This document shows, one piece after another, positions 16,391 through 24,986 of a DNA stretch of 26,088 bases. The notes below the pieces were generated by a model, which was not told the origin of the DNA, ran no database searches, and saw only the letters and a program-made list of their open reading frames with translations. The stretch is from Chthoniobacterales bacterium (GTDB taxonomy: Bacteria > Verrucomicrobiota > Verrucomicrobiia > Chthoniobacterales > UBA10450). Position 1 is the first letter of the stretch, and each line of letters begins with the position of its first letter. The stretch spans positions 1-26,088 of the forward strand of contig JACCXL010000307.1 in the NCBI GenBank assembly GCA_013697015.1, given 5' to 3'. The position numbers were made by a program, and so were the translations under genes.

Positions 16391-17430
16391 GGCTTGACGT
16401 TCCGCAGCGCGATGCGCGCCGGATCCGCGTTTCCTAATCCGGCTTGGCCCGCGATCTCGACATGCGCCGCCAAATCGCCGATGGCGGGTAGATGCGCGTT
16501 CGAGCGCCAGCGTTCGATTTGCCGCAGCGCAATCGCGTCGATCGCAACGGGATCTTTGCTCGCAAGGATTGTCGCGTAGTGCAAGGCGAAGTTGGGCGCG
16601 GCTTCGACGCCGCCGGCGTACTGGGCCACCAGCCCGTCCATCAGATTAAGCACCACCTTTTTTTCGATGATCGGATCAGCGTACATCTCCACCAGACTCA
16701 AAGCTGATCCGCCGGATGCGCCCGCCGTGAAGCGCCGCCAATTGTCCAGATTCGGAACGGTCATGTTATACACGCAGCCGGCAATGCCGGTCCTCGGATT
16801 GTCTCCCATGACGGGGACGTTGATCACTTTCGTAACTTGGCTCGAAAGAATGCGGCAAAAATGGCTCTCGCTGCTCGTGTTCTCTTTATCGGAAAGCAGG
16901 GGCGTACGGCCACGGTCGTTACGATAATCCAGATCGCCCCAAACGAGTTTGCCCATGATCGGCGCGCTGAAAATCGCCTTCGCGTCGTAGCCATCGCGCG
17001 GTGCGACCGAGAGCAGCTGATAACGATCGCCGCCGCGATATCCAGCGGCCCGTGCTCCGTTGGTATTGCGATCCCAAACGATGATGGAGTGGCGCGAAAC
17101 ACCGGCGCTCGCCAGTCCATCGGCGATCGCCTCGACTACAGCCCGGTGCGTGCTGAAGAGTTCGCCGCCAGAGGCGGAGATTTTGATGCCAACTTTGTCG
17201 GTCGGGGAGACGAGTGCACGCCAGGCTCTTGCCACCTCGCTTTGACCAGTGACGGCGAGCAGGAGCCGGTCGACCATCTTACGCACGACGGCATCATCTG
17301 TGCGGTAGTGCTGGATGGCGGCGGCATCGTGCGCGATGTAAACGGTCGATGGAGTCGACGCTGGCGGCGCTGTTTGCGCGCGAGCTGAAGAGAGCAGGAG
17401 GCAGAGAACGAAGACGATCCGGAAGAGCAA
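16387..17430 (-). CDS. DUF362 domain protein with signal peptide
   Basis: DKVGIKI, V-x-AIA-x-GL-x-x-AGV-x-x-x-x-I-x-VWDR, KVINVPV, LNLMDGLVAQYAGG, ASKDPVAID motifs. TTG at 17430 gives MLFRIVFVLCLLLSSARA|QT and lies downstream of a candidate promoter; the ORF-track start at 17529 overlaps hemW. Confidence 0.75.
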   Translation of the reverse strand: MLFRIVFVLCLLLSSARAQTAPPASTPSTVYIAHDAAAIQHYRTDDAVVRKMVDRLLLAVTGQSEVARAWRALVSPTDKVGIKISASGGELFSTHRAVVEAIADGLASAGVSRHSIIVWDRNTNGARAAGYRGGDRYQLLSVAPRDGYDAKAIFSAPIMGKLVWGDLDYRNDRGRTPLLSDKENTSSESHFCRILSSQVTKVINVPVMGDNPRTGIAGCVYNMTVPNLDNWRRFTAGASGGSALSLVEMYADPIIEKKVVLNLMDGLVAQYAGGVEAAPNFALHYATILASKDPVAIDAIALRQIERWRSNAHLPAIGDLAAHVEIAGQAGLGNADPARIALRNVKP

Positions 17431-17442
17431 GAGAATGACGCG

Positions 17443-18603
17443 ATGAAAAGCGAGCTTATGAGCAACGGCGCAATTCACAACTGCGCCGAGCGAACCAGCG
17501 CCCACCCGATTCGGCACGTTTACGTTCACATCCCGTTCTGCGCGCGCATTTGCCCTTACTGCGCCTTCTACAAGGAGCGGGCGGACCCGGCGCAGACCGA
17601 GCGTTTTTGCCTGGCGCTTTTGGCCGAATTGGAGAGCTCTGGCCTTCGTTTGAATCTCCAGCCAGAGACGATCTTTTTCGGAGGTGGAACGCCGACCGCC
17701 TTAAGCACATCGCCACTGCGCGAATTGATTCAGGGGTTCGGAGATTTGCTCGATTTAACGAAGCTGGTGGAGTGGACCGTGGAAGCGAATCCTGGCAGTG
17801 TCTCGCCCGCCAAAGCACAGATGCTCCGCTCGCTGGGGGTCAACCGGATCAGCTTGGGCGTGCAATCGTGGGACGATCAATTGCTCGCCGTTTTGGGCCG
17901 CGAACATTCGGCTGCTCAGGCTGAGCTTTCCGTTCAGATCCTACGCGAGGCGGGTTTCACAAATCTGAATATCGATCTGATGTTCGGGTTGCCTGGACAG
18001 ACGGCCGCTCAATGGGAAGCGACGCTGGCCCGAACCATCGCGCTCCAGCCCGAACATGTCTCCGCGTATTGTTTGACCTACGAAGAAGACACCGAATTTT
18101 TTCTGCGCCGTGCGCGTGGCGAGCTGCGCGCCGATGAGCAAACCGATGCGCAGTTCTTTGAGCTCGCGATGCAGGCACTCGGGAGCGCCGGCTACCGGCA
18201 TTATGAGATTTCAAACTACGCGCGCGCCGGCTACGCGTCGCATCACAATCGCGGCTACTGGGCGGGCGAGGATTATCTCGGGATCGGGCCGAGCGCTTTT
18301 TCCACGATCGGGCTACAGCGTTCGCAAAACGTGCCCGATTATCGCGTCTACTCAGATCGCGTGCAGGCCGGCGAATCGCTGACGTCGTCAGAGGAGGCGT
18401 TGACGCCGCAGATCAAGCGCAGTGAATCGATCGCGCTTTCCTTGCGCACGAGCGAAGGGATTCCCTCTCACTGGCTCGATTCATGGAATGATGAGCGCGA
18501 AGAGTTCTTGTCGCTCGGCTTGATAAGGCAGGACAATGCACGGGTAAGACTCACCGAACGCGGAAAACTGCTGGCCGATTCCGTCGCCGCTGCGTTCGTC
18601 TAG
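17443..18603 (+). CDS. hemW: Radical SAM family heme chaperone HemW (HemN-like)
   Basis: YVHIPFCARICPYCAF, IFFGGGTPT, TVEANP, GVNRISLGVQS, NIDLMFGLPGQT, HYEISNYA, HNRGYW (HNxxYW), YLGIGPSA. Start ATG 17443 or 17458. Confidence 0.9.
   Translation: MKSELMSNGAIHNCAERTSAHPIRHVYVHIPFCARICPYCAFYKERADPAQTERFCLALLAELESSGLRLNLQPETIFFGGGTPTALSTSPLRELIQGFGDLLDLTKLVEWTVEANPGSVSPAKAQMLRSLGVNRISLGVQSWDDQLLAVLGREHSAAQAELSVQILREAGFTNLNIDLMFGLPGQTAAQWEATLARTIALQPEHVSAYCLTYEEDTEFFLRRARGELRADEQTDAQFFELAMQALGSAGYRHYEISNYARAGYASHHNRGYWAGEDYLGIGPSAFSTIGLQRSQNVPDYRVYSDRVQAGESLTSSEEALTPQIKRSESIALSLRTSEGIPSHWLDSWNDEREEFLSLGLIRQDNARVRLTERGKLLADSVAAAFV
17453..17480 (-). promoter_or_regulatory. Putative promoter of DUF362-squalene synthase, inside the 5' end of hemW
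   Basis: TTGTGA (17480-17475), 16 nt, TAAGCT (17458-17453). Confidence 0.45.
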
Positions 18604-18610
18604 GCCGAAA

Positions 18611-19324
18611 CTAAACGCCGCCGTAACGCCGCTGCCGCTGCCGAAATTCTTCGACCGCGGCAAACAAATCCTCTTTGCGGAAATCCGGCCAGAGTTTCGG
18701 CGTCACGTACATTTCCGTATAAGAGAGCTGCCAGAGGAGAAAGTTGGAAAGTCTCATCTCACCGGAGGTGCGGATGAGCAGATCGGGATCCGGGTAATAG
18801 CGCGTGTAGAGATGTTTGCTAAACATCTTCACATCGATCATCGCCTTGTCGATGTGTCCCCCTTCCAATTCGCGCAGCAAACTGTGAATTCCGTCGATGA
18901 TCTCGAGTCGCGCGCCGTAGCTAAGCGCGAGAACAAGCGTGAGCCCGTCATTCCGGGCAGTGCTCTCGATCGATTCGTGGAGTTGGCGCTGGCAGCTCGC
19001 GGGTAGATCCGTCAGCCGCCCGATCGCCTGCAACCGGACATTTTTCTCCTGCAGCTCCGGCGTTTTTTCCTTCAGGAATTTCTCGAGCAACCGCATAAGC
19101 GCGAATACTTCGCCCTTCGGACGCCGCCAGTTTTCGGCCGAGAAAGCGTAGAGCGTGAGAAACTCCACCTTCAGTTCGCCGCACGCTTCCACGCAGGCGC
19201 GCACCGCGTTCGCGCCTTCTTCGTGACCTTTGATGCGGGCCAGTCCGCGCGCTTTCGCCCAGCGGCCATTCCCATCCATGATGATGGCGATGTGACGCGG
19301 AATCGATGGCGGTGCTGCCGGCAT
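18611..19324 (-). CDS. uppS: cis-prenyltransferase / undecaprenyl diphosphate synthase
   Basis: PRHIAIIMDGNGRWA, GHEEG, LTLYAFSAENWRRP-x-x-EV, ALSYG, PDPDLLIRTSGEMRLSNFLLWQ, RQRRYGG. Start ATG 19324, 5 nt after the purA stop. Confidence 0.96.
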   Translation of the reverse strand: MPAAPPSIPRHIAIIMDGNGRWAKARGLARIKGHEEGANAVRACVEACGELKVEFLTLYAFSAENWRRPKGEVFALMRLLEKFLKEKTPELQEKNVRLQAIGRLTDLPASCQRQLHESIESTARNDGLTLVLALSYGARLEIIDGIHSLLRELEGGHIDKAMIDVKMFSKHLYTRYYPDPDLLIRTSGEMRLSNFLLWQLSYTEMYVTPKLWPDFRKEDLFAAVEEFRQRQRRYGGV

Positions 19325-19329
19325 GATTG

Positions 19330-20598
19330 CTACAAAGTGATGGTCTGTGCGCGCGCCGGACCGACGCTGACAATCCTCAATTTCGCACCGGTCAATTCTG
19401 TCAGGCGGCGAACGTACCGACGCGCCCGCAGCGGCAGATCGGAAAATTTTCGGGCCGCTCCCGTAGGAGTTTTCCAACCGCGCACCTCTTCGTAAATCGG
19501 TTCGCAGGCATCAAGCTGAGCCGCATCGGATGGCGGGACGTCCAGGTGTTTCCCATGCAAACGGTAGCCGACGCAAATTCGGATCGGATCGACCGCGTCG
19601 AGACCGTCGAGGTTCGTGATGGCAAGCTCGTCGATGCCATTGATCATCGCAGCGTAACGGCTGGCGACTGCATCAAACCATCCGCAGCGGCGAGCGCGGC
19701 CGGTCGTCGTCCCAAATTCGCGGCCCATCTCATGCAACATCTTTGCGATATCCTCATCCTCGGTCGGCAGTGCTCCCTCACCCACGCGCGTGGTGTAGGC
19801 TTTCATGACTCCGAGCACGCAATCCATCCGGTGCGGAGGCACTCCGGAGCCGGTGCAGGCGCCGCCCGCGGTCGTATTGGATGACGTCACATACGGGTAG
19901 GTGCCGTGATCAATATCAAGGAACGTTCCCTGCGCCCCTTCGAAGAGAATTTCTTTTCCCCGCTGCAGCGCGCGATGCAGATAGACTACCGTGTTGACGA
20001 CGAATGGCCGCAACGTTGCGCCGGCCTTCAGGTAGGCATCGTTGACCTCCGCAAACGAGACCGTCTGCGCGCCGAGCGCTTGCAGGATGCTGTTATTTTC
20101 GCGCACCTTGGCCTGCAGCTTCTTCGTGAAGAGCGCCGGCTGCATCAAATCGGAAATCCTAAGTCCAGTGCGCGCTGCTTTATCGCCATAGGCCGGTCCG
20201 ATGCCGCGCTTCGTCGTTCCGATTTTCGCGCGGCCTTTGCCGAGTTCCCGCTGTTCGTCCAGCAGCCGGTGGTACGGCAAAACGAGATGCGCGCAGTCGC
20301 TGATCAAAAGATTTTTGCCAATCGCAATCCCCAACTTCCGCAGTCCCTCGATTTCCGCGACGAGCGCAACGGGATCGATGACAACACCATTTCCGATCAC
20401 GCAGACTTTACCGCGCCGCAGAATCCCGGACGGGATGAGATGCAGGATGTAGGTCGTCCCCCGATGGATGACGGTGTGCCCAGCGTTATTGCCGCCCTGG
20501 CTGCGCACCACGATGTCGCGTTGCGCCGTCAGCACATCGATGATTTTGCCTTTCCCTTCATCTCCCCACTGCGCGCCGATCAGGATTGTGTTCGCCAT
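19330..20598 (-). CDS. purA: Adenylosuccinate synthetase
   Basis: GAQWGDEGKGKI, QGGNNAGHT, HLIPSG, IGTTKRGIGPAY, FEGAQG-x-x-LDIDHGTYPYVTSS, EFGTTTGR-x-RRCGWFD. Confidence 0.98.
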   Translation of the reverse strand: MANTILIGAQWGDEGKGKIIDVLTAQRDIVVRSQGGNNAGHTVIHRGTTYILHLIPSGILRRGKVCVIGNGVVIDPVALVAEIEGLRKLGIAIGKNLLISDCAHLVLPYHRLLDEQRELGKGRAKIGTTKRGIGPAYGDKAARTGLRISDLMQPALFTKKLQAKVRENNSILQALGAQTVSFAEVNDAYLKAGATLRPFVVNTVVYLHRALQRGKEILFEGAQGTFLDIDHGTYPYVTSSNTTAGGACTGSGVPPHRMDCVLGVMKAYTTRVGEGALPTEDEDIAKMLHEMGREFGTTTGRARRCGWFDAVASRYAAMINGIDELAITNLDGLDAVDPIRICVGYRLHGKHLDVPPSDAAQLDACEPIYEEVRGWKTPTGAARKFSDLPLRARRYVRRLTELTGAKLRIVSVGPARAQTITL

Positions 20599-20624
20599 TT
20601 AGCTCGGAAGACAGACAAGAAATT

Positions 20625-20660
20625 GTCCCGATGCCTGCCATCGCAGGATGCAGTCGGGAC
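20625..20660 (-). promoter_or_regulatory. Stem-loop followed by a U-rich tract in the purA 5' leader
   Basis: Minus strand: GTCCCGA-C-TGC-ATC-CTGC-GATG-GCAG-GCA-TCGGGAC, then AATTTCTTGTCTGTCTT; about 14 bp with bulges. Confidence 0.6.
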
Positions 20661-20669
20661 TCGATCTGC

Positions 20670-20697
20670 AGAATAGAGTGAGCAAGCTTCGCTGCAA
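20670..20697 (-). promoter_or_regulatory. Putative purA promoter
   Basis: TTGCAG (20697-20692), 16 nt, TATTCT (20675-20670). Confidence 0.55.
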
Positions 20698-20744
20698 CAA
20701 TTTTCCCATTTGGCCGGGGCCACAAGAAGACCTTCAGAAAAGCA

Positions 20745-20774
20745 TTGTCACGGTTATGCCCGGACCTCTACTCT
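20745..20774 (+). promoter_or_regulatory. Putative leaderless promoter of the DUF3309 gene
   Basis: TTGTCA (20745-20750), 18 nt, TACTCT (20769-20774), 7 nt, ATG at 20782. Confidence 0.5.
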
Positions 20775-20781
20775 CCCCCTT

Positions 20782-20928
20782 ATGCGCACCATCCTCCTCA
20801 TCATTCTGGTCCTTCTTCTCATCGGAAGTCTGCCGACGTGGGGCTATTTGCCCACGGGCTGGGGCTACTTTCCGGGCGGCGGACTGGTCGTACTGATCAT
20901 TCTCGTTCTCGTCCTGATGCGCACCTAG
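20782..20928 (+). CDS. DUF3309 family small membrane protein (48 aa)
   Basis: MRTILLIILVLLLIGSLPTWGYLPTGWGYFPGGGLVVLIILVLVL matches the DUF3309 pattern TILLII-x-x-LLL-x-G-x-LP-x-W...WGY-x-P-x-GG. Confidence 0.85.
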   Translation: MRTILLIILVLLLIGSLPTWGYLPTGWGYFPGGGLVVLIILVLVLMRT

Positions 20929-20932
20929 CTGA

Positions 20933-20951
20933 GGCGGCGGGCACCGCCGCC
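20933..20951. terminator. GC-rich hairpin between convergent genes (possible bidirectional terminator)
   Basis: GGCGGCGG-GCA-CCGCCGCC, 8-bp stem. No poly-U tail. Confidence 0.45.
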
Positions 20952-20955
20952 CACA

Positions 20956-21357
20956 TCACTTAGCGACAACGCGGACGACCGGCAGCGGAAAACGCAACCG
21001 GAGCTCGTTCTCGAGAAAGATCTCCACGTGGTGGAGCCCGAACTGTTGGAACTGCACGCCACCGAAATAGTGTACGTTGGTGGCGTGGCCCTCCATCTCT
21101 TTGAGTTCAAATTCCACTTCGGCCTGCGCGATTACCTGTTGTTCGTCAACGCCGATGATCCGTGATTTCTGTCGAAATTTCCCGGAACCACTGCACCAGC
21201 GCGACCAGATACAGAGACGCATGTAATTGATCGGCAAACTGGGAGTCGGAATGACATTGAGCACGCCGACGATGGTCTGCATACCGTTGAATTCGTGGCG
21301 CACATCCTCGCAGAGAAGCGCGCTCTGCAAGTCCGGGAGGATCGTTTCGTCGGGCAT
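20956..21357 (-). CDS. Conserved hypothetical protein, DUF6941-like
   Basis: LLCEDVR-x-E-x-NG-x-x-x-IVG N-terminal motif; all-beta character; F-x-x-x-G-x-H-x-VEIF. Start ATG 21357, 4 nt after the uppP stop. Confidence 0.7.
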   Translation of the reverse strand: MPDETILPDLQSALLCEDVRHEFNGMQTIVGVLNVIPTPSLPINYMRLCIWSRWCSGSGKFRQKSRIIGVDEQQVIAQAEVEFELKEMEGHATNVHYFGGVQFQQFGLHHVEIFLENELRLRFPLPVVRVVAK

Positions 21358-21361
21358 CACT

Positions 21362-22234
21362 TTAGCGCGATCCACGACTGAGGAACACGAGCAGCGCCAC
21401 TCCCAGAACGATTCGGTAAATGGCGAACGGCGCAAAGCCGCGGGCCCGCACCCAGCGCATGAACCAAGCGACGACCGCGAGCGCGACCACGAACGAAACC
21501 GCCAGCCCGATGGCGAGGACGATCCAGTTGTGCGCCGTCATCACGAGCGGCGCGAGATTCGCATCCGCTCTCTCTGCGTGGTGCTGCGGCATCACCGTCT
21601 TAAGAAAGTCATACCCGGTCGCCACGGCCATGGTTGGGATCGAGAGAAAGAACGAGAACTCCAGAGCAGCGGGACGAGAGAGGCCGCTCGTCTGCCCGGC
21701 CGCGATCGTGGACATGGAGCGGGATGTGCCGGGAAAGACAGCCGACACGATCTGAACCGCGCCGATCCAGGCTGCCTGGCCGACGTGCATCTCCTCCACG
21801 CGGTTCACACGAGGGTGTCGGCAGAGCAAATCGACGACCCACATGACCACGCCGCCGATGAGCAGGGCCCAAGCCATCACGTTCAGGCTCTCGAGATTCT
21901 GCCCGATCTGTTTCTTTAATAACCACGCTGGGATCGCCGTAATTGCGAACGCCAGCAAAGTCAGGCTGAGCGGGTGCGTCAAAATAGTTCGGTCGCGCTC
22001 TTCGCCCCTTGGAAAAGAGCGCACAAATTTTGCGATGCGCGCCCCGAAGTAAACCGGCAACGCCAGGATTGCACCGAGCTGAATGACGATGCTGTACATC
22101 TTCCAGAAACTATCATGCAGATCGAGCTGCAGGAGCGCTTCCACGATCCGAAGATGCGCGGTCGAACTGACGGGGAGAAATTCGGTCAACCCCTCAACGA
22201 CGCCAAGTAAGAGGGATAGCAAAAAATCGTTCAT
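21362..22234 (-). CDS. uppP: Undecaprenyl-diphosphate phosphatase (BacA)
   Basis: LGVVEGLTEFLPVSSTAH, IVIQLGAILA, PGTSRS-x-x-TI, EFSFFLSIPTM, FAIYRI. Confidence 0.96.
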   Translation of the reverse strand: MNDFLLSLLLGVVEGLTEFLPVSSTAHLRIVEALLQLDLHDSFWKMYSIVIQLGAILALPVYFGARIAKFVRSFPRGEERDRTILTHPLSLTLLAFAITAIPAWLLKKQIGQNLESLNVMAWALLIGGVVMWVVDLLCRHPRVNRVEEMHVGQAAWIGAVQIVSAVFPGTSRSMSTIAAGQTSGLSRPAALEFSFFLSIPTMAVATGYDFLKTVMPQHHAERADANLAPLVMTAHNWIVLAIGLAVSFVVALAVVAWFMRWVRARGFAPFAIYRIVLGVALLVFLSRGSR

Positions 22235-22242
22235 GTTGAGGT

Positions 22243-22270
22243 GCGCCCGGTGGCGGTGACCGGCGGGCGC
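22243..22270 (-). other. Imperfect hairpin filling most of the glnB-uppP spacer
   Basis: GCGCCCG...CGGGCGC 7-bp outer stem starting right after the glnB stop. No U tract. Confidence 0.45.
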
Positions 22271-22643
<373 letters not shown>

Positions 22644-22706
22644 GCACACGCGTCGCCGGACTTGTTGCGCAGGAACCGGTGGAGTAGTGCGACCGATTTT
22701 CTTACA

Positions 22707-24100
22707 GTGCCACGCTTGTTCCAAAAATTGCGACGCTGGGCTCAGATCGCGCTGCACGGCCGTCTGTTGAACGATCACCGTTCCCGCCGATCCCAAGGAG
22801 TCGTCCGCGGGGCAGCCTCTGCGATCGCCGGACGCGCTCTCGCTCTGTTGGTCGGGATAATTTCTGTTCCGCTGACGGTGGGGTACTTGGGCAGCGAACG
22901 CTACGGCGTCTGGGTTACGATCAGCACTTTTCTCGCCTTCCTCAGCTTCACTGATTTCGGCTTGGCGAATAGCCTAACGAACGCCCTCGGCAAAGCATAC
23001 GGTGAAGATGAGCGGGAGATCGCGCGGCGTTATGTTCATCGGCCTTTGCGACGCTCAGTCTGGTCGCGCTTCTGCTGCTGTTCGTTGGCGTCTGCGCGGC
23101 GCCTTATCTGGCAGGCGCTCTTTTTCCAACAGCCCGACCCGAACTGGCCCGGGCCGAGATCACTCCGGCTTTGTTGCTCGCGTTTGCCATCTTCGCGCTC
23201 AATTTTCCGCTCCTCATCACGAATAAAGTTCTCACCACCCACGGCGAAAGCGCCGTCGCGAATTTTTGGTCCATTGGCGGCACTCTCCTCAATTTAGTCG
23301 CGATCCTTTCTGTCGTCTGGTTCCGCGGCAATCTGCCGTGGCTAGTCCTGGGTTGCTCTGGCCTGGGTTTGCTCGTCAACGTGGCCTGCGCCGTCTGGCT
23401 CTTCGGTTTTCGCAAACCGTGGCTTCGTCCGCACCATGCGGCGCTCGATCTAGCGGCGATCCACGATTTATTCTCGGTCGGCTGGAAATTCCTCGTGATC
23501 GGCGCGGCCTGGATGGTAAATTCCGAGACCGATAACCTCGTCATCGCGCATTACCTCGGCGCCGCGCAGGTCACGCCCTACAGCATTACGTTCGCGCTTT
23601 TTTTGAACGCCACTCTTCTGCAAACCCTCGTCTATCCCTCGCTCTGGCCCGCCTACACCGAAGCGTTCGCTCGCAAAGATTACTCCTGGATCCGCAGAAC
23701 TTTTCGGCTCAGCTTTAAACTCAGCTTTGTCGTCACGACAATCGTTGTCGTCGTGCTGACCATCTTCGGCCGCGTCATCATTCGGTTTTGGGCCGGGGAA
23801 GCGGCCGTCCCACCATTTTCCGCGATTATCTGGATGGCAGTTTGGAATTTGATGTTATCGCACCTTTACGTTGCCAGTTGCCTCCTGAACGCAACCGGTC
23901 ATTTGAAAGGCATGACGATTTACGGAACCGTCACTGCATTCCTGAACCTTCTGCTCTCCGTTTACCTCGTGAAACGCTACGGCATCACGGGCGTAATCGC
24001 AGGCACCGTGCTCGCGTTTGCCATCGCTAATTACATCCCGACGTTTATCGAAGCACGGCGCGTCCTGCGCAGGTATCCGGACCAGCCCTCGGCTAAGTGA
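22707..24100 (+). pseudogene. Oligosaccharide flippase (Wzx/MOP family) split by a 1-nt frameshift near 23036
   Basis: The 5' frame gives VPLTVGYLG-x-ERYGVW...DFGLANSLTN...IARRYV, then degenerates. The second frame continues SSAFATLSLVALLLL...to a normal flippase C-terminus (ORF 23171-24100). Adding one T at 23035-23036 (gtt tca tcg) joins them. Start uncertain (GTG 22707). Confidence 0.85.
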
Positions 24101-24115
24101 ATCTTCGTCCCCGCA

Positions 24116-24143
24116 TTGTGTCTTAAGCGTTTGCCGTTAAGAT
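24116..24143 (+). promoter_or_regulatory. Putative wzm promoter overlapped by a TCTTAA-N10-TTAAGA inverted repeat
   Basis: TTGTGT (24116-24121), 16 nt, TAAGAT (24138-24143). Inverted repeat at 24121-24126 / 24137-24142. Confidence 0.5.
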
Positions 24144-24152
24144 CGAGCCTCC

Positions 24153-24986
24153 ATGTCCGACAGTGCGACGACTGAACTGATCATCGAAGCTGGTCATACC
24201 GAGCGGAACTACTGGCGGGATCTCTTCCGCTATCGTGAATTGTTTTACTTTCTGGCGTGGCGCGACGTGCTCGTGCGCTACAAACAAACTGTCATTGGCG
24301 TTTTGTGGGCCGTTCTCCGTCCGCTGCTCACGATGATCGTGTTCACTTTCGTGTTCAGCCGAATTGCGAAACTGCCCGCGGAGGGCGTCCCCTACCCGGT
24401 CATGGTCTTTGCCGCGATGCTTCCGTGGCAGCTCTTCGCCACCTCGCTCACCGAAGGCAGTGGCAGTCTGATCAACAACGCCAATCTCATCTCGAAAGTC
24501 TATTTCCCACGCCTCATCGTTCCGGCCAGCGCCGTGATTGTCTCGTTCGTCGATTTCGCGACCTCGATGGTGCTTCTCGGCGTTCTGATGGCCGTCTACA
24601 GAGTTACTCCAGGTGCCTCGCTTCTGGTTTTGCCATTCTTTACGATTTTGGCGCTGCTGGCCTCCGCCGGCGCGGGAGTGTGGCTGGCTGCGCTGAACGT
24701 TAAATACCGCGATTTCCGCTACGTCGTTCCGTTCATCGTCCAATTCGGCCTCTACATCTCGCCGGTCGGTTTCAGTAGCGCGATCGTGCCGGAGAAATGG
24801 CGGATGCTCTACGCGCTCAACCCGATGGTGGGAGTGATCGATGGATTCCGCTGGTGCGTTTCCCACGGCCGCACACCGTTCCCTGCGCTCAGCCTTGAAC
24901 TGTCAATTGTCACCGTCACGATCGTTCTCGCGACCGGCATTTGGTATTTCCGCAAGACCGAACGCACCTTCGCCGATGTGATCTGA
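24153..24986 (+). CDS. wzm: ABC-2 polysaccharide exporter permease (Wzm-like)
   Basis: YRELFYFLAWRD-x-x-VRYKQT-x-IG-x-x-WA, LISKVYFPR, YRD-x-x-Y, LNP-x-x-GVIDGFRW, YFRKTERTFADVI. Confidence 0.93.
   Translation: MSDSATTELIIEAGHTERNYWRDLFRYRELFYFLAWRDVLVRYKQTVIGVLWAVLRPLLTMIVFTFVFSRIAKLPAEGVPYPVMVFAAMLPWQLFATSLTEGSGSLINNANLISKVYFPRLIVPASAVIVSFVDFATSMVLLGVLMAVYRVTPGASLLVLPFFTILALLASAGAGVWLAALNVKYRDFRYVVPFIVQFGLYISPVGFSSAIVPEKWRMLYALNPMVGVIDGFRWCVSHGRTPFPALSLELSIVTVTIVLATGIWYFRKTERTFADVI

Noticed and set aside
18620-18645. (GCC/GCT)n-like run 'cgccgccgtaacgccgctgccgctgccg'
   Set aside because: Encodes the uppS C-terminal RQRQRRYGG; a coding low-complexity stretch, not a repeat element.
19906-20676. 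256-aa plus-strand ORF
   Set aside because: Antisense shadow of purA.
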